Assembly: GCA_020348445.1 (NCBI GenBank)
Contig: CP070751.1
Coordinates: forward strand, 4,070,164 to 4,134,163
From: Thermoplasmata archaeon
Lineage (GTDB): Archaea > Thermoplasmatota > Thermoplasmata > GCA-020350865
Direction of reading: 5' to 3'
Length of the DNA: 64,000 nt
Numbering within the stretch: position 1 is the first letter of the stretch; each line of letters opens with the position of its first letter. The notes below the pieces were generated by a model. The model searched no databases. It saw only the letters and a program-made list of their open reading frames with translations, and was not told where the DNA came from. Shown piece after piece: positions 19,946-29,488 of this stretch. The position numbers were made by a program, and so were the translations under genes.

Positions 19946-20747
19946 GATTTTTAAAAAAGGCAGCAGGACGTACTTCTACAACAGTATCTTCTTTCCAAAA
20001 GAAAAGAGAGAGGAGGTCTTTGTGCTATACAGCTTTGTACGCAAGGCGGACAACATGGTGGATTCCTTTCCGCAGAGAATCGATGAATTCTACAAATTAA
20101 AAAGGGATTATAAGAGGGCCAGGGCAGGTGAGGTTACTGGGGACATCGTGGTGGATTCCTTTTCCGAGCTTGTGGACAAAAAGAACTTCGAAGAAAAATG
20201 GGTTACTTCATTTCTGGAATCAATGGAGATGGATCTGACCAATAACAAGTATGAAGATTTTTGTGAGTTGGATAAGTACATTTTCGGCTCGGCAGAGGTC
20301 ATAGGACTTTTTATGGCTAGGATTCTGGATCTTAGAGATGAGGCATTGCCTCATGCCAGGATACTAGGAAAAGCCATGCAGTATATCAATTTCATAAGGG
20401 ATATACCCGAGGATCTGACTCTAAATCGAAGGTACATACCACTTTCGGAGCTTAGGAAAAAGGGTCTTTATTCATTGGAATATGATGAAGTGATGTTGAA
20501 CACAAGCGGTTTTAAGGATCTTGTAAGGGATCAGATCGATATATACTATGGCTGGCAAAATTATGCAGAGAGAGGCTTCAAATATATACCAAAGCGGCTG
20601 CTAATCCCCATAAAGAACGCCTCTGAGATGTACAAATGGACTGGCAAGATCATATACAGGGACCCAATGGTCGTATTTAAGAAGAAGGTCAAACCCTCAA
20701 AAACAAGAATAGTCCTTAATATAGGCTATAATACAATAACAGCGTAA
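19923..20747 (+). CDS. crtB: Phytoene/squalene synthase
   Basis: LYSFVRKADNMVD, SMEMDL, GSAEVIG, LGKAMQYINFIRDIPED..L.R.Y.P; overlaps the crtI stop. Confidence 0.92.
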   Translation: MPNRTIYRIFKKGSRTYFYNSIFFPKEKREEVFVLYSFVRKADNMVDSFPQRIDEFYKLKRDYKRARAGEVTGDIVVDSFSELVDKKNFEEKWVTSFLESMEMDLTNNKYEDFCELDKYIFGSAEVIGLFMARILDLRDEALPHARILGKAMQYINFIRDIPEDLTLNRRYIPLSELRKKGLYSLEYDEVMLNTSGFKDLVRDQIDIYYGWQNYAERGFKYIPKRLLIPIKNASEMYKWTGKIIYRDPMVVFKKKVKPSKTRIVLNIGYNTITA

Positions 20748-20873
20748 TTTAAATTCTAATCAATTCTTTCTATATATAAAAATGAACCTCTAATATCAAA
20801 AGGCAATAACATTTAATATACATTAAACTGCAAAGAATTATAGGCCTGTAAATCATTTGCAGGGAGAATATGT

Positions 20874-21848
20874 ATGCAATCCTTCGAAAAACCCATTCTG
20901 GTGTGCAGCCGATGCCTAGGTTTTGATAACTGTCGCTTCAATGGTCAGATATTATACAACGATCTCGTTAACAGTTTAAAGCCATATGTGGAATTTAAAA
21001 CACCCTGCCCTGAGACGGATATCGGTCTGGGTGTTCCCAGATATCCTGTGAGAATTATCCAGGATAAAGGTCAAAATACAATGTTTCAACCGTCAACAAA
21101 ATCAGATTTTACAGGGAAGATGAATTCCTTTGTCAAAGAATATCTAAATAATTTAAATGCGGTTGATGGCTTTATTTTGAAATCCAAATCACCATCCTGT
21201 GGTATTGGCGATGTCAAGGTTTATAAGGATGTAGACAACCCTGCAAATTTTTCAAAGGGCGACGGCCTTTTTGGTGGCGAGGTTAAAAGAAGATTTTCAG
21301 GCAAAGCTGTGGAAGACGAGATGAGGCTTTCCAATCCCAGGATCCTGGACCATTTTTTAAAAAAGATATTTACCCTTGCTGCATTCAGAAAGGTAAAAAA
21401 GGCAAATAATATAAAGGCACTAATCGAATTGCAGACAAAAAACAAGCTTCTTTACATGTCTTACAACCAAAAGGAATTGAAGAATCTGGGTAATATCGTT
21501 GCTAGCCACAAAAAGAAAGATAAGGGAGAAATCCTAGAAAAATACGAGAATCATCTGGATATTGCGCTGGCCAGAGGACCAACATATAAATCAAACATCA
21601 ACGTGCTTCATCATGCTCTCGGGTATGTATCAGAGAATATATCAAGGGAGGAAAAGACCTTTTTTTTAGATACAATACAGATGTACAAGGAGGATCGAGC
21701 TCCATTCGAATCCTGCCTCTCTCTCATTTACTCATGGGTGCTAAGATTCGATGTGGAATATTTAAAAAATCAGACATTGTTCCATCCCTATCCTGATGAG
21801 CTTCGAAAGGGATTCGAGCCTGATCGCAGGAGGGAATTCTGGGGATGA
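20874..21848 (+). CDS. DUF523/DUF1722 (YbgA/YbbK-like) protein
   Basis: SRCLG...CRFNG, CPE..IGLGVPR, FILKSKSPSCG, G.GLF, C-terminal YL..Q..F.PYP..L. Confidence 0.85.
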   Translation: MQSFEKPILVCSRCLGFDNCRFNGQILYNDLVNSLKPYVEFKTPCPETDIGLGVPRYPVRIIQDKGQNTMFQPSTKSDFTGKMNSFVKEYLNNLNAVDGFILKSKSPSCGIGDVKVYKDVDNPANFSKGDGLFGGEVKRRFSGKAVEDEMRLSNPRILDHFLKKIFTLAAFRKVKKANNIKALIELQTKNKLLYMSYNQKELKNLGNIVASHKKKDKGEILEKYENHLDIALARGPTYKSNINVLHHALGYVSENISREEKTFFLDTIQMYKEDRAPFESCLSLIYSWVLRFDVEYLKNQTLFHPYPDELRKGFEPDRRREFWG

Positions 21849-22747
21849 GGATAGGATACCCTTGCATTAACAGAAGCATTGGATGTAAGAGCAGCAAGAC
21901 CTTCAGGCTTAATAGCTATTCAGAAACCAGACTCAGGGAAATCGTGAATAACAATCTAAAATGTCTGATGAAAATATTGAAATACAACAAGAAAAACCAT
22001 ATGCTCTTCTTTCGCATCACCTCTGATCTTGTTCCCTTTGCCTCTCATCCTGTATGTGAATTTGACTGGCAAGGGTATTTCTCCAACGAATTTGGGTCCA
22101 TAGGTGATTATGTGCGGGAAAATGATATGAGAATATCCATGCACCCTGACCAGTTTAACGTGCTCAATTCAAAAAGAAAGGATGTGGTTGAAAACAGTGT
22201 AAGAGAGCTTATTTATCATGCAGAGGTTCTCGATACAATGGGCCTCGACAGAACCCACAAGATACAGATTCATGTAGGGGGGATGTACAGGGATAAGAAA
22301 GGGAGCATGGCCAGATTCCAAAAAAGGTACAAAAGCCTGGATATTAGGATTAAAAAAAGACTCGTGATAGAAAATGATCATGGCATGTACAATACATCGG
22401 ATTGCCTTGATATAAGTGCAAAGACTGGTATACCGGTTTTATTTGATTTTTTTCATGAGAGTCTAAATCCATCTGGTATGAGTTTAAAAAAATCTCTTAA
22501 ACTTATAGAGGGTACCTGGAAAAGAGTTGATGGAATACCCATGGTGGACTACAGCCATCATCATTCAAATCCCGCTTCAAAGAAGCATGCCGAAACCATT
22601 AAAATCCGTGACTTTCATAAATTCCTTGTTTATACGAGACCCTATGACATGGACATCATGCTTGAGATAAAGGACAAGGAGAAAAGCGCAATTCGGGCCG
22701 TTGAATTGGCAAGAAAGGACAGCAGATTTTTAATTGTCCATAGGTGA
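21845..22747 (+). CDS. uvsE: UV DNA damage endonuclease
   Basis: RIGYPCIN, FFRITSDLVPFASHP, RISMHPDQF.VLNS, IHVGG, LVIEND, D.FH, DIMLEIKDKE. Confidence 0.92.
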   Translation: MRIGYPCINRSIGCKSSKTFRLNSYSETRLREIVNNNLKCLMKILKYNKKNHMLFFRITSDLVPFASHPVCEFDWQGYFSNEFGSIGDYVRENDMRISMHPDQFNVLNSKRKDVVENSVRELIYHAEVLDTMGLDRTHKIQIHVGGMYRDKKGSMARFQKRYKSLDIRIKKRLVIENDHGMYNTSDCLDISAKTGIPVLFDFFHESLNPSGMSLKKSLKLIEGTWKRVDGIPMVDYSHHHSNPASKKHAETIKIRDFHKFLVYTRPYDMDIMLEIKDKEKSAIRAVELARKDSRFLIVHR

Positions 22748-23202
22748 TATATATGGAAATAGATAAAATACTTGAGGATATAAGGGATCTTTTTAAATCC
22801 CAGAGATTTGCAGTTGTGGCGACCTCCAATGGGGGGCATCCTTACACGAATATAGTGTCCTTTTCATATTCAGAGGACCTAAAGTCCATACTTTTTGTGA
22901 CAAAAAGAAACACGAGGAAGTTCAGGAACATAAGCAGTGAGCCAAGAACCTCTGTATTGGTGGACAACAGGAAAAACAGTCCTTCGGATCTTGCTGAAGC
23001 TTGTTTTGTTACCATCCTAGGTAAATCCAAAGAAGTTCAATTGGATAAAGATGAAAAAATTAAAAAGTTCCTTAATTTACATCCCTATATGAGTGATTTT
23101 ACCAACGAACCTGATTGTGCTATTATTGAGCTGGTAGTTGACAGGTTTTTGTTTGTCAGGAATTTTCAGGATGTAGTGGAAATTGAAGCAGAGCAAATGT
23201 AA
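22744..23202 (+). CDS. Pyridoxamine 5'-phosphate oxidase-like FMN-binding protein
   Basis: FAVVAT...G.PY...V.F, T...TRK..NI...P..S.L.DNR split-barrel pattern. Confidence 0.8.
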   Translation: MIYMEIDKILEDIRDLFKSQRFAVVATSNGGHPYTNIVSFSYSEDLKSILFVTKRNTRKFRNISSEPRTSVLVDNRKNSPSDLAEACFVTILGKSKEVQLDKDEKIKKFLNLHPYMSDFTNEPDCAIIELVVDRFLFVRNFQDVVEIEAEQM

Positions 23203-23397
23203 GTTACACCTCTTAATTTCCCAAAAAAAAGACGTGATAAATTACCAGTTTGTAGAATAATAAATATTATATATCATCTCCAATTATGGATCATTATTTC
23301 CTTATCCACCACAACCTGATACCACATTTTCCCAAAATACTTATAGAATTAAGTCTTTGCCTATACTATATTTGTGACGATATTTTAGAGGGATAGC

Positions 23398-24567
23398 ATG
23401 CCTAGAATCGATGAGAAAAAACTAATTAATATGATAAAGGAAAAAGGACAATCCTGGAAGGCAGGCAGGACATCACTTTCAGAGCTTCCTTTCGAGGAGC
23501 AGAAAAAGCGCCTAGGACTCGCCGTAAAAAAAGAAGATTTGGAAAAGATGCGTCTGGAAATCAAGGCGGCTGTTAAGGCTTTCTCGTTTCCACAGGAATG
23601 GGATTGGAGAAATGCACGCGGGAAAAACTGGACCACATCCATAAAGGACCAATCCTCCTGTGGATCATGCGTTTCATTTGCCGTTTGTGCAGTTATGGAA
23701 TCCATGATGAAGATCGAGGAGGATAAACATGATTTGAGCATAGACCTCTCTGAAGCGCATCTCTTCTTCTGTGGATGTGGAAGATGCTGCAATACCGGCT
23801 GGACCTTTGAGCCCGCACTCGATTATGCCAAAGGCGACGGCATATCTGATGAAGCATGCTTCCCCTATAGGGCCACAGATACCAACTGTAACGAAAGATG
23901 CAGTGATTGGGATAAGAGATCCTCGAAAATAACAGAATGGAAGAAGATAACAAATGTGAGCGAGAGAAAGAACGTGCTCTCAAGTGTAGGACCGCTTGTG
24001 GGAGGAATGGCTGTATATGAGGATTTCTTTTCCTACCGAGGCGGAGTTTACAGGCACGTTACTGGAGATTTTGCTGGATATCATGCAATTGCAATCGTGG
24101 GATTCAGCGAGAGCGAGCAGTGTTGGATCTGCAAAAACAGTTGGGGTTCTGGCTGGGGTGAGAACGGCTGGTTCAAGATAGGTTATGGTGAATGCGATAT
24201 TGATACTACATTCCCAATGTACAGCGTCACGGGGATCGTTCCTGCACCTCCGCAACCTCCACAACCTGAATGTCTCATAGCCACTGCGGCTTATGGTTCT
24301 GTATTGTCACCTGAAGTTCAGTTTTTAAGGGACGTGAGGGACAACATCGTAAGAAAAACAGAGAAGGGAAACAAGTTCATGGACGACGCAGAATACGTCT
24401 ACTACAAATTCAGCCCTCAGGTCGTTTACCACATGAAAAGGAGTAAAAACTTTAAAAAGTTTGTTCGTTGGACAGTGGTTGCCCCCTTCGTCTATTCTGT
24501 GTACGGGATTATGAGGGTATTAGTGGATGACGAGAGGTTGGACAAATACAACCTTGATGAAACATGA
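23398..24567 (+). CDS. Papain-family (C1A) cysteine protease with a C-terminal CFI-box-CTERM-like domain
   Basis: QSSCGSC (oxyanion Gln and catalytic Cys), HAIAIVG (His), KNSWG..WGE.G (Asn); PAPPQPPQP linker then CLIATAAYGS...EVQFLRDVRD. Confidence 0.9.
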   Translation: MPRIDEKKLINMIKEKGQSWKAGRTSLSELPFEEQKKRLGLAVKKEDLEKMRLEIKAAVKAFSFPQEWDWRNARGKNWTTSIKDQSSCGSCVSFAVCAVMESMMKIEEDKHDLSIDLSEAHLFFCGCGRCCNTGWTFEPALDYAKGDGISDEACFPYRATDTNCNERCSDWDKRSSKITEWKKITNVSERKNVLSSVGPLVGGMAVYEDFFSYRGGVYRHVTGDFAGYHAIAIVGFSESEQCWICKNSWGSGWGENGWFKIGYGECDIDTTFPMYSVTGIVPAPPQPPQPECLIATAAYGSVLSPEVQFLRDVRDNIVRKTEKGNKFMDDAEYVYYKFSPQVVYHMKRSKNFKKFVRWTVVAPFVYSVYGIMRVLVDDERLDKYNLDET

Positions 24568-24889
24568 AGAAAAGAATTTTGGTGATCATCTGAAAATTTT
24601 ATCTGAGGACGAAGAGTCCATAGAAATAGCCTGTAGCGAGGAATTCACAATCACTTTGGATTCAAATCCAACCACAGGATATGTTTGGAAGGCGGAATTC
24701 GATGGGAATTATATTGAGCTCCTTGGAAAAACGTTTGAGCAACGATCAAGTGGGATCGGCTCAGGGGGAAAGGAGAATTTCCAATTTAAGGGGGTGAAAG
24801 ATGGCGAGACAAGTATTAAAATGATATGCAAAAGAACCTGGGAAGATGAACCCATAAAGACAAAATCATTCCTGGTGAGTATTAAGTAG
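24557..24889 (+). CDS. Protease inhibitor I42 (chagasin/ICP) family protein
   Basis: F.I.L.SNPTTGYVW, G.GG.E.F.F, KRTWE loops. Start at ATG 24557 overlapping the protease stop (track gave 24527). Confidence 0.88.
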   Translation: MKHEEKNFGDHLKILSEDEESIEIACSEEFTITLDSNPTTGYVWKAEFDGNYIELLGKTFEQRSSGIGSGGKENFQFKGVKDGETSIKMICKRTWEDEPIKTKSFLVSIK

Positions 24890-25081
24890 ATGAAAGGGGG
24901 TCGAAACTGGGGGTTTATATATTTTTTGCAAAAAATAGCTTTTATTTATACCATTTTATTAAACTCAGCGAAATTAAAACTCGAATATCGCAGATAACAT
25001 GTAAGAGCTATCTATTAACCAATAAATTTAAATACGTGAAAATAATTATGGTCAGGTCACCTTAAGTGTTATGGAAATAAT

Positions 25082-25307
25082 GGGCCCGTAGCTCAGCTAG
25101 GTAGAATATTATGATAAAATGGAAAAGTGTGAGCCATGAATATATTCCTAGAAAGAGCATCTGGCTTTTAACTGAACAATCTGGCGGTATAGAAAGTAGT
25201 AAGGACTAACAGCCGAGACCGGGTTTTTCGGCAGGAAACCAGGTGGTCGGGGGTTCGAAAAGTCTCGCCCCGATTGGAGCGGGAACTCGAAATTCCCCTC
25301 GGGCCCG
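25082..25307 (+). tRNA. tRNA-Lys(UUU) with three introns: 25103-25153 (20/21), 25171-25237 (37/38), 25260-25293 (59/60)
   Basis: Removing the three segments gives a 74-nt cloverleaf: GGGCCCG TA GCTC AGCTAGGTA GAGC A TCTGG CTTTTAA CCAGG TGGTC GGGGG TTCGAAT CCCCT CGGGCCC G. BHB-type structures at all three junctions. Confidence 0.88.
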
Positions 25308-25448
25308 TTTCCAAAATTCGCTGAGACGAAAGGACATGTGGTAGGAAAAGGTGTGGTGAGAAAATAGAAGTATGGTTTTGAAAAAGAGTCATGATAACAA
25401 GATTGAAAAAACGTGGGCAGATCGATTACAAAAATAGGGGGCTTGCTA

Positions 25449-25709
25449 ATGGTAGATGTCAATGTTATGTTACATGAATTGGTACCCGAGCACACACTTC
25501 TTTCTGAAGAAGAAGCTAAGAAGGTTTTAGAAGGTTTAAAGATCAAAGTGGATCAGCTTCCCAAAATAAGAAAGGACGATCCAGTTCTTAAGATTTTGGA
25601 GATGGTGGAGGGTGAAATTACGGAAGGGCGTATCATAAAGGTCACGAGGAGGAGCGAATCTGCAGGTGTGAGTGTAGTATACAGAATGGTTGTAGAGAGG
25701 GTGAAGTAA
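25449..25709 (+). CDS. rpoH: DNA-directed RNA polymerase subunit H (Rpo5)
   Basis: HELVPEH..L, QLPKI...DP, G..IK.TR.S...G....YR.V; ATG 25449 preferred over GTG 25413. Confidence 0.95.
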   Translation: MVDVNVMLHELVPEHTLLSEEEAKKVLEGLKIKVDQLPKIRKDDPVLKILEMVEGEITEGRIIKVTRRSESAGVSVVYRMVVERVK

Positions 25710-28700
25710 ATGCGCGAGTTAGTGGAGGCTTTTTTTAGGGAAAGAAGTATTGTGAACCATCATATCGCATCTTATAATGACTTTTTGCCCACCCCTGATA
25801 ACTTGAACAGCGGGATGCAGCGTTTGGTGGATAATATCAGGATAGGAGAGAGCGAAGATGGAAGGGGAATCATAAGACTCGAGGTGGACAAGACCAGCGG
25901 TGAAACAATCGAGATTCGAGTTGGAAGACTTAGGAATCCAAAGACAGGTGCAATCGAGCGGAATGCAAAGCCCACGGTATTTGTGGATATTCCCAAGGTA
26001 AAAGAGGCAAATGGAGCAACCCATCCCCTCACACCAATGGAAGCAAGGTTAAGAAACCTGAACTACGAGGCTCCAATATATCTTGAGTGCACAGTTGTCG
26101 AAAACGGTGTGGACAAGGAACCTGAGAGGGTTCATATCGGGAACCTACCCGTCATGGTGAAATCAAAGAAATGCAACATACACAGGGACAACATAGATAG
26201 CGAAGTTGAGCTTGCGGACGAGGAATACATAAAGCATCTGATTGGGGTTGGAGAAGATCCCTTGGATCCTGGCGGTTATTTCATAATCGGTGGAACCGAG
26301 AGGGCATTAATCTCATTGGAAGATTTAGCACCCAATAGGGTGATGGTGGAGTACAACGAGCGGTACGGACATAGGATGGAGGTGGCCAAGGTCTTTTCCC
26401 AGAGAGAGGGATATCGCGCCCTGACCTTGGTTGAGAAAAAGAGAGATGGAATGCTCATGGTCTCTGTACCAGCTGCCTCTGGTCAAATACCATTGGTTGT
26501 TCTAATGAAGGCTCTGGATATGGAAAGTGACGAAACAATTTTCGAGTCAATAGTAAGCGATCCCGAGATGGCGAACATCGTTTATGCCAATATCGAGGAG
26601 ATCCAGAACAAGAAATCCTATCCACCCAATGGGATTTTTACAACAGAGGATTCCATCCTTTACCTTGAAAAGAAGTTTGCTACCGGGCAGGCCAAGGAGT
26701 ACAGGGTCAAGAAAGTTGCATCCATTCTTGACCGTTCTCTTCTCCCTCATCTTGGTGATAGACCTGAGGACAGGCTCAAGAAGGCCATATTCCTTGGCAG
26801 GATAGCACGCACGGTTTTAGAGCTCTCGCTTGGAAAGAGAGAACCTGACGACAAGGATCACTATGCCAACAAGCGCCTGAAACTGTCTGGTAATCTCATG
26901 GAGGATCTATACAGGGTATCCTTCACAAATCTGATGAAGGATCTGAAGTATCAACTGGAAAGGAGCTTTTTAAGAAAGAAAGAGTTTAAAATCGCCTCAG
27001 CGATCAGGCCTGATCTATTATCCCAGAGACTGCTTCATGCCCTGGCAACTGGAAATTGGGTGGGCGGTAGGGCCGGAGTATCCCAGCTTTTGGACAGAAC
27101 CTGCAATATGAGCACCTTAAGTCATCTTCGGCGTGTGACATCACCTTTAACAAGAAGCCAACCTCATTTTGAGGCAAGGGACCTGCATCCCACTCAATGG
27201 GGAAGGCTTTGCCCCAACGAGACGCCGGAAGGCCAGAATTGCGGCCTGGTAAAGAACTGTACCCTCATAGTTGATGTTTCAGAGGGATTTCTTGAAGAGG
27301 AAATCAAGATGTTGCTTGCCGATTTCGGACTGAAGAAGGTGAGGGGCGAAAGGACAAAGGAAACCAGGGTTTATGTCAACGGTAATCTTGTTGGGCTTTA
27401 CGACAAACCAGAGGAACTGGTTCAGGAGGTTCGGGGAAAAAGAAGAATAGGGGCACTTTCCCACGAAGTGAACATCAGATACGATGAAAAGATGAACGAG
27501 ATTCTCATAAACTCCGACGAGGGAAGGCTTAGAAGACCTCTTCTGGTGGTTGAAAGCGGAAGGGTGCTTTTATCAAGAAAACACGTGGAGGGTTTGCATA
27601 CAGGAAAACTCAGAATAATCGACCTGATAAGAGACGGGATAATAGAGTGGATCGATGCCGAGGAAGAGGAGGACACATACATCGCGGTTTCAGCCTTTAA
27701 ACCCCCTAGTAAATGTGTCAAATGTGGTGCACATATATCAGAAAAGGACTTTATTTGGGTCAATATCGGAACCACTGATAAAAATGTAAAGCTTGAGTGT
27801 AATGTTTGCCACGATCAATTCGAGGTGGACAGTCTGCTCTCACCCGAGCACACCCATCTTGAAATCGATCCCATGGTGATCCTGGGTGCATGTACCAACC
27901 TCATTCCATACCCTGAGCACAATTCCTCTCCGAGAAATACAATGGGAGCCGGAATGGCCAAGCAATCTTTGGGATTGGGATCATCCAATTACAGGATATC
28001 CCCTGACACTAGGGGACACTTGCTGCATTATCCAGAGAGGCCCTTGGTTCAGACCAAGGCCATGGAGTACGTGAATTTCAACAAGAGACCTGCGGGCCAG
28101 AACTTTGTCGTGGCCGTGCTCTCTTACGAGGGGTATAATATGGAAGATGCCTTGGTTTTCAATAAAGCTTCCATAGAAAGAGGATTGGGGCATTCAACGT
28201 TCATGCGAACATACAGAGCAGAAGAAAGACGCTATCCTGGTGGACAGGAGGATCATTTTGAAATCCCAAGTCCAGATGTACGGGGTGCAAGAACCGATAT
28301 CTCTTACAACAACCTAGGCGATGACGGGCTAATTTCCCCTGAGGTTTATGTTGAAGGGGGGGATGTTCTTATCGGTAAAACCTCACCGCCGCGATTTTTG
28401 GAGGAGCAGCAGGATTTCCTCACACCTCAGAAGAGGAGAGAGACATCGGTTACGGTGAGACATGGCGAACATGGCTATGTGGATTCAGTAATGCTCACCG
28501 AGTCCGAGAATGGAAGCAGATTGGTCAAAGTCAAGGTTCGTGACCCACGATTCCCTGAGCTTGGAGATAAATTCGCGTCCAGACACGGTCAAAAAGGAGT
28601 CATAGGTCTTGTAGAACCTCAAGAGAACATGCCCTTTACAGCGAGCGGGATCACTCCTGATCTAATAATAAATCCCCATGCGATCCCTTCCAGAATGACT

Positions 28701-29303
28701 GTGGCACATGTTCTGGAGATGATCGGCGGTAAAGTTGGGGCAATGGAGGGGAGATTTGTGGACGGGACGGCCTTTTCCGGTGAGAGCGAGGAGGCCTTAA
28801 GACAGGGATTGATTTTTGCAGGTTTTAAGGACAATGGCAAGGAAGTCATGTACGATGGCAACACTGGTAGGATCATAGAAGCTGAGATTTTTGTTGGTGT
28901 GATATATTATCAAAAGCTCCATCATATGGTGGCAGGAAAGCACCATGTACGTTCACGGGGCCCAGTTCAGATTCTAACCCGTCAACCCACTGAAGGTAGG
29001 GCAAGGCAGGGGGGTCTGAGATTCGGTGAGATGGAGAGAGATTGTTTAATAGGTCACGGCGCTGCCATGGTGATCAAAGATCGACTCCTTGACGAGTCAG
29101 ATGGTACAGTCCAACATGTTTGCGGCAATACGGAATGTGGGCACATCGCATTGGCGGATAGGCAGGGCGCTCTCCGCTGTCCTGTTTGCGGGAACAACGC
29201 CAGTATCCATCCAATTCAAACGAGCTACGCGTTCAAGTTGCTTTTGGACGAGCTTCTTTCACTTGGTGTGGCCATGAGGCTTCAATTGGAGGATTTAAGA
29301 TGA
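25710..29303 (+). CDS. rpoB: DNA-directed RNA polymerase subunit B (Rpo2, unsplit)
   Basis: [28 protein letters not shown]-terminal Zn ribbon; extra CVKC...CNVC insertion near aa 670-700. Confidence 0.98.
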   Translation: MRELVEAFFRERSIVNHHIASYNDFLPTPDNLNSGMQRLVDNIRIGESEDGRGIIRLEVDKTSGETIEIRVGRLRNPKTGAIERNAKPTVFVDIPKVKEANGATHPLTPMEARLRNLNYEAPIYLECTVVENGVDKEPERVHIGNLPVMVKSKKCNIHRDNIDSEVELADEEYIKHLIGVGEDPLDPGGYFIIGGTERALISLEDLAPNRVMVEYNERYGHRMEVAKVFSQREGYRALTLVEKKRDGMLMVSVPAASGQIPLVVLMKALDMESDETIFESIVSDPEMANIVYANIEEIQNKKSYPPNGIFTTEDSILYLEKKFATGQAKEYRVKKVASILDRSLLPHLGDRPEDRLKKAIFLGRIARTVLELSLGKREPDDKDHYANKRLKLSGNLMEDLYRVSFTNLMKDLKYQLERSFLRKKEFKIASAIRPDLLSQRLLHALATGNWVGGRAGVSQLLDRTCNMSTLSHLRRVTSPLTRSQPHFEARDLHPTQWGRLCPNETPEGQNCGLVKNCTLIVDVSEGFLEEEIKMLLADFGLKKVRGERTKETRVYVNGNLVGLYDKPEELVQEVRGKRRIGALSHEVNIRYDEKMNEILINSDEGRLRRPLLVVESGRVLLSRKHVEGLHTGKLRIIDLIRDGIIEWIDAEEEEDTYIAVSAFKPPSKCVKCGAHISEKDFIWVNIGTTDKNVKLECNVCHDQFEVDSLLSPEHTHLEIDPMVILGACTNLIPYPEHNSSPRNTMGAGMAKQSLGLGSSNYRISPDTRGHLLHYPERPLVQTKAMEYVNFNKRPAGQNFVVAVLSYEGYNMEDALVFNKASIERGLGHSTFMRTYRAEERRYPGGQEDHFEIPSPDVRGARTDISYNNLGDDGLISPEVYVEGGDVLIGKTSPPRFLEEQQDFLTPQKRRETSVTVRHGEHGYVDSVMLTESENGSRLVKVKVRDPRFPELGDKFASRHGQKGVIGLVEPQENMPFTASGITPDLIINPHAIPSRMTVAHVLEMIGGKVGAMEGRFVDGTAFSGESEEALRQGLIFAGFKDNGKEVMYDGNTGRIIEAEIFVGVIYYQKLHHMVAGKHHVRSRGPVQILTRQPTEGRARQGGLRFGEMERDCLIGHGAAMVIKDRLLDESDGTVQHVCGNTECGHIALADRQGALRCPVCGNNASIHPIQTSYAFKLLLDELLSLGVAMRLQLEDLR

Positions 29304-29488
29304 GCAAATTCAAAGCTACCCACAATTCGAGCAGGCGAGGCCCGAGTTTTTGGATGGCCGAAACTTTTTGCGAGGGTCGAGCCAGCGCAGAATCGACAAA
29401 ATTTCCGAAGAATTTTGGCGAGAAGTGCGGAGCTTTACGATGCACTGAAATGTGTCAAAAAGTTTTGGAATTGGAGGATTTAAGATGA
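29284..29488. mobile_element. 165-bp structured insert (29304-29468) flanked by 20-bp direct repeats at the rpoB/rpoA' junction; MITE/REP-like, origin unknown
   Basis: AATTGGAGGATTTAAGATGA at 29284-29303 and 29469-29488. The insert has an outer stem CCGAAACTTTTTG/CAAAAAGTTTTGG and several inner hairpins. Confidence 0.7.

Noticed and set aside
25148-25546. Minus-strand ORFs 25148..25546 and 25168..25392
   Set aside because: Antisense to tRNA-Lys and rpoH; no protein features.
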